From positions 15,323-79,322 of the forward strand of contig JAPOTY010000034.1 in NCBI GenBank assembly GCA_026708965.1: 64,000 bases of DNA, in the 5' to 3' direction. Positions 57,409 through 64,000 of the stretch are shown in pieces. The stretch comes from Gammaproteobacteria bacterium (GTDB taxonomy: Bacteria > Pseudomonadota > Gammaproteobacteria > Steroidobacterales > Foliamicaceae). The notes beneath the pieces are model-generated. The model was not told the origin of the DNA. It was given only the letters and a program-made list of their open reading frames with translations, and did no database searches. Within the stretch, counting starts at the first letter, position 1. Every line of letters begins with the position of its first letter. Both the position numbers and the translations under genes were made by a program.

Positions 57409-58893
57409 ATGAAACCGACGACCGCAAGAGAGGCATTGCCCGGCAGCGCCGCGCCGATTCTGGTTTGGTTTCGCCAGGATCTGCGGCTTGACGACAACCC
57501 GGCCTTCGCGGCGGCCGCGGCCACCGGACGGCCGATCATTCCCGTTTATATCCTCGACGACCGGATGCCCGGGCAATGGCGCCTCGGCGGCGCATCGCGC
57601 TGGTGGCTGCATCACAGCCTGTCTGCGCTGGGCGAAACGCTTGCCAAGCATGCCTTGGCGCTTGTGCTGCGCGCCGGAGAGGCGGCTGCGGTTTTGCCGG
57701 CGCTGGCGGAGGAAACAGGCGCCGGCGGCGTGTACTGGAACCGCTGCTACGAGCCGTACGCGGTGCGGCGCGATGCCGCTCTCAAATCCGCGCTGCTCGC
57801 CGCCGGCGTAGAAGCGCGCTCCTTCAACGCGGCACTGCTCGCGGAGCCGTGGGAAGCAAGCACGGTTTCCGGCGGCCCTTTCCGGGTGTACACGCCATTC
57901 CAAAAAGCGCTGCGCGCCCGGCTCGGAAATGATCCCCCCAAACCCTCCCACGCGCCCGCCAGCGCGGTAGCGCCGGAACGCTGGCCCGCAAGCGACAGGC
58001 TGGCGGATTGGAAGCTCCTGCCGGATAAGCCGGACTGGGCGGGCGGATTGAGGGCAACGTGGCAACCGGGCAGCAGCGCGGCTTCGTCCCGTCTCGCCGA
58101 ATTTCTCGACGGGCCGCTCCCGGATTATGCGGCCGACCGCGACCGCTGCGACCTCGCCGCCACTTCGGCGCTGTCCGCCCACCTGCACTGGGGCGAAATC
58201 GGCCCGCGCCGGATATGGCAGGCCGCGCATGAGCGCATGGCGCAGGACGGGGCAACAGAGCGGGGCGCGGATAAATTCCTCTCGGAACTGGTCTGGCGCG
58301 AGTTCGCGCATCACTTGCTGTTCCACTACCCCGATCTGCCGGAGGCCAACTGGCGCGCCCGCTTCGACGGCTTCCCATGGCGCAGCGACCCTGCGGGGCT
58401 CGCCGCGTGGCAGCGCGGGCTGACCGGCTATCCGATGGTTGACGCGGGCATGCGCCAGCTCTGGGAAACCGGCTGGATGCATAACCGGGCCCGGATGATC
58501 GCCGCCTCCTTCCTGGCCAAGCACCTGCTCATCCACTGGAGGCAAGGCGAAGCGTGGTTCTGGGACACCTTGGTGGATGCCGACCTCGCCAACAACGCGG
58601 CCGGCTGGCAATGGGTGGCCGGGTCAGGCGCCGACGCCGCGCCCTATTTCCGCATCTTCAACCCGGTGATCCAAGGCCGCAAGCACGATCCGGAGGGCGC
58701 CTATGCGCGCCGGTTCGTGCCGGAGCTGGCCAAGCTGCCGACGCGTTGGATCCATGCCCCCTGGGAAGCGCCCAAGGCAGTGCTGGCCGAATCCGGCGTG
58801 GCGCTGGGACGCACTTATCCGCATCCTATCGTTGACCACGCCATGGCGCGCGAGCGAGCGCTGGCCGCCTACAAGTCGATGCCGCAAGATTAG
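57409..58893 (+). CDS. phrB: Deoxyribodipyrimidine photolyase (CPD class I)
   Basis: ILVWFRQDLRLDDNPA and TGYPMVDAGMRQLWETGWMHNRARMIAASFL...WQWVAGSGADAAPYFRIFNP. Confidence 0.9.
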   Translation: MKPTTAREALPGSAAPILVWFRQDLRLDDNPAFAAAAATGRPIIPVYILDDRMPGQWRLGGASRWWLHHSLSALGETLAKHALALVLRAGEAAAVLPALAEETGAGGVYWNRCYEPYAVRRDAALKSALLAAGVEARSFNAALLAEPWEASTVSGGPFRVYTPFQKALRARLGNDPPKPSHAPASAVAPERWPASDRLADWKLLPDKPDWAGGLRATWQPGSSAASSRLAEFLDGPLPDYAADRDRCDLAATSALSAHLHWGEIGPRRIWQAAHERMAQDGATERGADKFLSELVWREFAHHLLFHYPDLPEANWRARFDGFPWRSDPAGLAAWQRGLTGYPMVDAGMRQLWETGWMHNRARMIAASFLAKHLLIHWRQGEAWFWDTLVDADLANNAAGWQWVAGSGADAAPYFRIFNPVIQGRKHDPEGAYARRFVPELAKLPTRWIHAPWEAPKAVLAESGVALGRTYPHPIVDHAMARERALAAYKSMPQD

Positions 58894-59022
58894 CGACAGC
58901 AGCGGCGGCAGCGGCGGCAGGCGGATCCTGCTCGGCCAAGCCGGAATTCGTCTTGATTCGGGCGCGGCTTCCGGGCATCGTGACGGGCCTGTCAATGTCA
59001 TGCCAATCGCGGAGGGAAGCAC

Positions 59023-60015
59023 TTGAGCGAAACCATCAATGCCATCGTGGCGCGGGACCGGGATGGAAAAGTGGCCGCCCGGCTGGAGCGGATCAACACG
59101 GCGGACTTGCCGGACGAGGATGTGCTGGTTGAAATCAGCCATTCCACGCTCAACTACAAGGACGGACTGGCGGTAAGCGGGCGCGGGCGGATCTGCCGCC
59201 GCCTGCCGATGGTGTGCGGCATCGACCTGGCCGGAGAAGTGCTGGAATCGCGCGACGAACGCTTCAAACCCGGCGACCGCGTATTGGCGAACGGCTATGA
59301 ACTCTCCGAAAAATACTGGGGCGGCTATGCGCAACGGCAGCGCCTGAACGGCGACTGGCTGGTGCCCGTGCCCAACGCCTTCTCAGCTGAGCAAGCCATG
59401 GCGCTGGGAACAGCCGGCTACACCGCCATGCTGGCCGTTCACGCGATTCAGGATGCCGGGATCACGCCCGAGCACGGCCCGGCGCTGGTGACCGGCGCCA
59501 CCGGGGGCGTGGGCACTGTTTCGATCATGCTGCTTGCCCGCCTGGGCTACCGCGTCACCGGCGCCACAGGCAACCCCGAAGGCGCAGGATTGCTGGAATC
59601 GCTGGGTGCTGCGGAAACCATCGCGCGCGAGGACCTGGCGCGCGATTCGAGGCCGCTGGAATCCGAAACCTGGGCCGCCGCGGTGGATTCCGTGGGCGGA
59701 ACCACGCTGGCCACCACGCTGGCGCAAACGCGGCGCGGCGGCCTGGTGGCCGCAGTGGGATTGGCCGGCGGATTCAAGCTGCCGGCCACGGTCATGCCGT
59801 TCATTCTGCGCGGCGTGGCCTTGCGCGGCATCGATTCGGTCATGGCGCCGCAGGAACGGCGGCGGCGCGCTTGGAGCGCGCTTGCGGAGCAGGTCGATCC
59901 CGAACAATTGGCCCGCATTTCCCGGGTCGCGCCCATGTCCGAACTGCCATCGCTGGCGAACGATATTCTGGACGGCAAAATTTCCGGCCGCGTGGTCATC
60001 GACGTCAACGCCTAA
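59023..60015 (+). CDS. YhdH/AcuI-type NADPH-dependent oxidoreductase (MDR family)
   Basis: VEISHSTLNYKDGLA...MVCGIDLAGEV...VTGATGGVGTVSIMLLARLGYRV. TTG start. Confidence 0.8.
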   Translation: MSETINAIVARDRDGKVAARLERINTADLPDEDVLVEISHSTLNYKDGLAVSGRGRICRRLPMVCGIDLAGEVLESRDERFKPGDRVLANGYELSEKYWGGYAQRQRLNGDWLVPVPNAFSAEQAMALGTAGYTAMLAVHAIQDAGITPEHGPALVTGATGGVGTVSIMLLARLGYRVTGATGNPEGAGLLESLGAAETIAREDLARDSRPLESETWAAAVDSVGGTTLATTLAQTRRGGLVAAVGLAGGFKLPATVMPFILRGVALRGIDSVMAPQERRRRAWSALAEQVDPEQLARISRVAPMSELPSLANDILDGKISGRVVIDVNA

Positions 60016-60082
60016 CCGCCCCCGCACGCGGCTTCATGCTCGCTGCGCCACAGGCACGACTACGCCTTAAACTCGAGATGAA

Positions 60083-60186
60083 GCCATTCTCCGCCCCCCT
60101 CTTCAGGGAGTATCGGAGGCAGGATGCCGAAGCAAGCCCCATGGACGGGTTCATGCGTCTCCCTGAAGAGGGGGGCGGAGAATGGC
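60083..60186. repeat. 104-bp hairpin element: perfect 28-bp inverted repeat around a 48-nt loop; related to the element at 29105-29202
   Basis: The left arm is gccattctccgcccccctcttcagggag (60083-60110). The right arm (60159-60186) is its exact reverse complement. The arm shares 20 of 28 positions and the same length with the 29105 arm. Confidence 0.85.
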
Positions 60187-60226
60187 GAGGGACAGGCAAA
60201 ACCTGCCTGCTGATAGAATCCGGCCA

Positions 60227-61066
60227 ATGAAAAACTACGATTTGAGCGGCAAGGTGGCGCTCGTCACCGGTGCCGGGCGGCCCAAGGGCCTAGGCGAAGG
60301 AATCGCCTCCAAGCTGGCCCAGTGCGGCGCCAGCGTACTGATTACGGACCTCGGCCAATCCCCGGGCGAGCACATGCCCGACAAGCATATCGGCGCCGCC
60401 GATTCCATGCAGGGCGTGGCGCAGCGGATCCGCGACAATGGCGGAACGGCGCAAGCCTTCCCGCTGGACGTTCGCGACGAATCGCAGGTTCAGGCCGCGG
60501 TGGCGCAAGCGGTGGAACGCTTCGGCCGCCTGGACATCCTGGTGAATAATGCCGGCATCGGCTACCTGATCGCCCCCTGCACCGAATTGCCCCAGGACCA
60601 GTGGGACGCGGTGCTGGACGTGAACCTCAAAGGCCCCTTCCTGTGCACCAAGCACGCCGCCCGCCAAATGATCAGCCAAGGCGAAGGCGGGCGCGTCATC
60701 AATATCGCCAGCCAGGCGGCGAAATCGAGCTTTCCGCACATGTCCGCCTACACAGCGTCCAAGCACGGCTTAGTAGGCCTCACGCGCACCTGCGCCATGG
60801 AGCTAGGGCCGCACGGCATCACCGTCAACGCCGTTTGCCCCAACCACGTCACCACCGGGCTGGGCGCCGCCCAGAACGACTATTTTTCCAATCATCTCGG
60901 CCTGACGCTGGAGCAGTACATCGGCAATATCCGCGCCCGCAATCCGATGCGCCGCGAGGGCAAGGTGGCGGACACCGCCAACGCCGTGGCGTTCCTATGC
61001 TCCGACCAAGCCGTTTACATCAACGGCGACTCGCTGAACGTGACCGGCGGCGAGGAAATGCACTAA
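60227..61066 (+). CDS. Short-chain dehydrogenase/reductase (SDR)
   Basis: From ATG 60227: MKNYDLSGKVALVTGAGRPKGLGEGIA...NNAG...catalytic YTASKHG. Confidence 0.85.
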   Translation: MKNYDLSGKVALVTGAGRPKGLGEGIASKLAQCGASVLITDLGQSPGEHMPDKHIGAADSMQGVAQRIRDNGGTAQAFPLDVRDESQVQAAVAQAVERFGRLDILVNNAGIGYLIAPCTELPQDQWDAVLDVNLKGPFLCTKHAARQMISQGEGGRVINIASQAAKSSFPHMSAYTASKHGLVGLTRTCAMELGPHGITVNAVCPNHVTTGLGAAQNDYFSNHLGLTLEQYIGNIRARNPMRREGKVADTANAVAFLCSDQAVYINGDSLNVTGGEEMH

Positions 61067-61152
61067 TGCCGCCTCAGCGCGCCGCCCTTGGTTCGCATCC
61101 ATGGCGGGCGCCCGGCGAACTTAACGAACACCCTTGAAGGAGAAACCATCCG

Positions 61153-61860
61153 ATGATGCAACAACAAGCGTTTTTCAAAGCTCTTGAGGCCGCCCGCCAA
61201 CCCCGCCACGGCGGCGGCCATCCGTTCAGCCGCCTGTGGGCCCAAGGCGCCCTCTCCCGCGAGCAGCTGGGACGTTACGCGGTTCAGCACTATTACTACA
61301 TCGCTCCCATCCCGCAGCAGTTCGCCGCCCTCTATGCCCGGCTGCCGGACCTCGATGCCCGCCAGCATCTGCTGGAGAACCTGCTGGGCGAGGAAATGCC
61401 GGACACGCCGGAAAAACGCCATCCCGACCTGCTGGTCAAATTCGCCGAGGCCTGCGGCCTGTCCCGCGACGAAGTGGTCAACGCGGACCTGCGCGACGAG
61501 ATACTCCCCACCACGCGGGCCATGCGCGCCTGGATTTGGGAGCTATCGACCATCCGCCACTTGGCGGAATCGTCCGCGGGCATCATGGTTGCGCTGGAAG
61601 GCCAGCTGCCCACGCTCTATCCCGCCTACGTGAAGGCGATGCGCAAAATGGGATTCAGCGAGGACGACATGGAGTTCTTCCACGTGCATATCGAAGGCGA
61701 CGAGGAGCACGCCGAAGTCGGCCTCGAATTAACCGCCCGCTACGCCACCACGGAAGCGCTGCAGCAAAGCGCCATCGCCGCCGTTCGCGCTTCCGCCTCG
61801 CTGCGCTGGAGCATGCTCGACGGCATCCACGCCTCCCTCATAGTCCCGAAAGCCGCCTGA
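61153..61860 (+). CDS. PqqC/CADD-like heme-oxygenase-fold (putative diiron) redox enzyme
   Basis: HPF..LW.G.LSREQLGRYAVQHYYY...LLGEE...RHPDL...ALEG...FHVHIEGDEEHAE shows a Glu/His ligand-like pattern. No other pqq genes are nearby. Confidence 0.6.
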   Translation: MMQQQAFFKALEAARQPRHGGGHPFSRLWAQGALSREQLGRYAVQHYYYIAPIPQQFAALYARLPDLDARQHLLENLLGEEMPDTPEKRHPDLLVKFAEACGLSRDEVVNADLRDEILPTTRAMRAWIWELSTIRHLAESSAGIMVALEGQLPTLYPAYVKAMRKMGFSEDDMEFFHVHIEGDEEHAEVGLELTARYATTEALQQSAIAAVRASASLRWSMLDGIHASLIVPKAA

Positions 61861-61997
61861 TCGGGCAGCAACTTCCTGAGAACAACGGTCTTGATTCTCA
61901 TCTATCCAGGTTCGAGGAGCGACTGATGCCGCCCGTGGAAAAGGGAATCAACTCCAAGGTTGTTGCGGTGGCAGCCTGTGCTTGAGGAGCTTTGTGC

Positions 61998-62420
61998 ATG
62001 GCGATCAATACGGACTTTTTGAACCGCTGCATCGGCACGCTGGCGGCGGCTTTTGAGCATTTGCGGAAAACGGGTGACGACGATCCGCTCTATGACATTT
62101 TCCGAGCCGCCGCCGTCAAGGAATTCGAGATCGTTCTGGAGCAATGCGGAAGCTTGCTTAAAAAGCGGCTTCGGCCCTACTTCGCAAGCCACCGTGAGGC
62201 CGACCGGCTGACATTCAAGGACGCTTTCCGCCGCGCGGCACAGCATGGACTCATTTCAGTGGAGGCCAGCGAGCGCTGGTTCGCCTACCGCGACAACCAC
62301 AACGATACCGCGCATCACTACGGCGAGCGGTTCGCGGAAAGCACCTTGCTGTTGCTGCCGGATTTCATCGAAGACGCTAAGGAGTTGGCCCGCGTCATTT
62401 CCGAGAGCAATGATGGCTGA
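61998..62420 (+). CDS. HEPN-domain protein, HI0074 / nucleotidyltransferase-substrate-binding family (HepT-like toxin)
   Basis: GAGGAG RBS 8 nt upstream of ATG 61998. ...AAVKEFEIVLEQCGSLLKKRL...WFAYRDNHNDTAHHY (R-x-x-x-x-x-x-H HEPN-like motif). Confidence 0.7.
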   Translation: MAINTDFLNRCIGTLAAAFEHLRKTGDDDPLYDIFRAAAVKEFEIVLEQCGSLLKKRLRPYFASHREADRLTFKDAFRRAAQHGLISVEASERWFAYRDNHNDTAHHYGERFAESTLLLLPDFIEDAKELARVISESNDG

Positions 62421-62772
62421 CCGCTTGATGCTGCTGCCGCGCCATCGGCGCATGGTGGAGGAGACGCTGCAGCAGCATGTTCCTGGGGCCGAAGTATGGG
62501 CTTACGGCAGCCGGGTGAATGGCCGCGCCCACGAGGCAAGCGATTTGGATCTGGCGGTGCGAGGTCCCGCGCTTCAGCCTATCGGGGCAAAACTGGCCCG
62601 GCTGGTCGAAGCTTTCAAGGAATCCGATCTCCCCATCATTGTGCAAGTTTGCGATTGGGGGCGGCTGCCGAAAAGCTTTCAACGAGAAATTGAGCGGGAT
62701 TACGTGGTTGTGCAACCGGGCCTGGACGAGCGACCAGCGCAGGAAACGGGGAATGCGTCGGCCAATGGCTGA
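62410..62772 (+). CDS. Minimal nucleotidyltransferase (MNT-type antitoxin partner)
   Basis: VWAYGSRVNGRAHEASDLDLAV (GS-x10-DxD NTase motif). It overlaps the HEPN gene by 11 nt. Confidence 0.7.
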   Translation: MMADRLMLLPRHRRMVEETLQQHVPGAEVWAYGSRVNGRAHEASDLDLAVRGPALQPIGAKLARLVEAFKESDLPIIVQVCDWGRLPKSFQREIERDYVVVQPGLDERPAQETGNASANG

Positions 62773-63475
62773 GGCGGGGTGCGCGCTGGTGACGGGCGCG
62801 GCGGGCGGCATTGGCTCGGCGGTCGCGCGGCGCTTCATTGAGCGGGGCCTGAAAGTGGGCGCCATGATCCTGCCCGGGCAGGAGGCGCCTGCGGGTCTGG
62901 CGCTGCCGGCGGAAGCAACCGACGAAGCGCAGGTGGCGGAGGCCGTCGCGCGGTGCGCTAGCGAATTGGGGCCGCCTCGCTGGGTGGTTCATGCCGTGGG
63001 AATCACGGGCGAGGGGCCGTTCGTGGACGTGGCGCTGGAGGACTGGAACCGGATCATCGATATCAATCTCAATTCGGCATTCCTGCTGGCGCGCGCCGTC
63101 CACCCGCATCTCAAGCAGACGCGCGGCGCCCTAGCGCTGTATGCCTCCACTAATGCGATCAACGGCGGCAACGAGTTGTCCGGCCCCGCCTACACGGCGG
63201 CCAAAGCCGGAATCATCGGCGTGACCCGCTACCTAGCGCGGGAATGGGCGGCGGATGGAGTTCGCGTGAACTGCATCGCGCCCGGCCCTATCGACACGCC
63301 CATGCTCGACCGGCTGGGACCGGAGCGGCGCGCTTTGCTGGCCGAGCGGGCCCCGCTCGGACGCCTCGGCACGGCGGAGGAATGCGCGGCGATGACGGAT
63401 TTTCTGTGCTCGGACGCGGCGGGGCACACCACCGGCACCATCGCCAATATATCCGGCGGCCTGCTGCTGGACTAA
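62753..63475 (+). CDS. Short-chain dehydrogenase/reductase (SDR)
   Basis: ALVTGAAGGIGSAVA...catalytic YTAAKAG...ISGGLLLD. The start is ATG 62753 or 62765, overlapping the MNT gene end. Confidence 0.85.
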   Translation: MRRPMAEAGCALVTGAAGGIGSAVARRFIERGLKVGAMILPGQEAPAGLALPAEATDEAQVAEAVARCASELGPPRWVVHAVGITGEGPFVDVALEDWNRIIDINLNSAFLLARAVHPHLKQTRGALALYASTNAINGGNELSGPAYTAAKAGIIGVTRYLAREWAADGVRVNCIAPGPIDTPMLDRLGPERRALLAERAPLGRLGTAEECAAMTDFLCSDAAGHTTGTIANISGGLLLD

Positions 63476-63672
63476 CCCGCATATTGCGCCGAGCCGCTTG
63501 TTGCCCCCCCTGATTTTGCCGCTTAGTCGGTAGCCTATGCCCGGATTGCCCGCTTTCCGCCTGACCCGGAACGGCGCCGCCGCAGCCCTCCGGGCGGATG
63601 GACAGCCTCTGGCTTGGAGCCGATAATGGCCGGGCAGGCGGGCTTGCAGGCCACTGCAACCGGATTATCGCG

Positions 63673-64000
63673 ATGGACACACTTGCCGTGAACCAAGCCA
63701 TTGCCGCCCTGCGGCAACAAGGCCACCCGCTCGTTGCGGGCGCCGACATGGGCGAGCGCCACAGCGTCGATTTCACCGCCGAGAACGCGCTCAGGCCCGA
63801 GGCGGTCCTGCGCCCCGGCACGGCGCGGGAAGTGTCCGAAATTCTCAAGACTTGCAACGACCTCGGCCAGCCCGTGGTGGTGCAGGGCGGAATGACCGGG
63901 CTGGCCGGCGGCGCCACGCCCCGGGCCGGGGAGCTGGCGCTTTCGATGGAGCGGCTCAACGGCATCGAGGAGCTGGACGAGGCGGCGATGACCATCACCG
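63673..64000 (+). CDS. FAD-linked oxidase (GlcD-like), N-terminal part; runs off the window
   Basis: Own translation from ATG 63673: MDTLAVNQAIAALRQQG...AVLRPGTAREVSEILKTCNDLGQPVVVQGGMTGLAGGATP. Absent from the track because there is no stop in the window. Confidence 0.7.
   Translation, partial: MDTLAVNQAIAALRQQGHPLVAGADMGERHSVDFTAENALRPEAVLRPGTAREVSEILKTCNDLGQPVVVQGGMTGLAGGATPRAGELALSMERLNGIEELDEAAMTIT

Noticed and set aside
57233-57436. 67-aa minus-strand ORF at the island/phrB junction.
   Set aside because: It is antisense to the recognisable VapB/PIN-like fragments and has no family resemblance.
60078-60230. 50-codon ORF (MKPFSAPLFREYRRQDAEASPMDGF...) spanning the 60083-60186 hairpin.
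   Set aside because: The reading frame is a by-product of the inverted repeat. There is no RBS and no recognisable family.

Overview
GC-rich proteobacterial chromosome segment; gene order looks beta/gamma-proteobacterial, but no finer taxon can be called from sequence alone. Most of the window is a housekeeping backbone, almost all on the minus strand. It holds an ALDH gene, the phenylacetate cluster paaX-E-C-B-A-Z with divergent paaK, lysS, prfB (canonical +1 frameshift), and nlpD-yqaA-pcm-surE-ftsB-eno-kdsA-pyrG. It continues with panC-panB-dNK-pcnB, tRNA-Glu(CUC), lptGF/pepA/valS, iorAB, dsbB, phrB and a redox-enzyme cluster. Several visibly AT-richer accessory patches interrupt this backbone. 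(1) About 17.7-22.1 kb: a GmrSD-like DUF262/DUF1524 protein, a ureidoglycolate-lyase-like cupin and an AAA+/DUF4143 ATPase sit between prfB and lysS. (2) 44.7-46.3 kb: a decayed Eco29kI-like R-M system, with an intact m5C methyltransferase and a truncated endonuclease. (3) 50.9-57.5 kb: an integrase-less island starting at a 196-bp direct repeat of the dsbB 3' end. It carries wreckage of a mod/res-type system, several toxin-antitoxin modules and a solitary 1000-aa nuclease/N6-adenine-MTase/specificity fusion, which is the best candidate for an uncharacterised defence enzyme. Other notable items follow. A TonB-dependent receptor is fused to a ~600-aa Sel1-repeat array next to a TLC-like MFS carrier. 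Four TA loci have disrupted toxins but retained antitoxins, and a fifth survives only as fragments of both genes. Two related ~100-bp hairpin elements have 28-bp arms. No rRNA, CRISPR array, transposase or integrase was found. All protein-family calls rest on motif recognition by eye, with no database search. Many long ORFs in the supplied track are antisense or shadow ORFs typical of high-GC DNA and were ignored.
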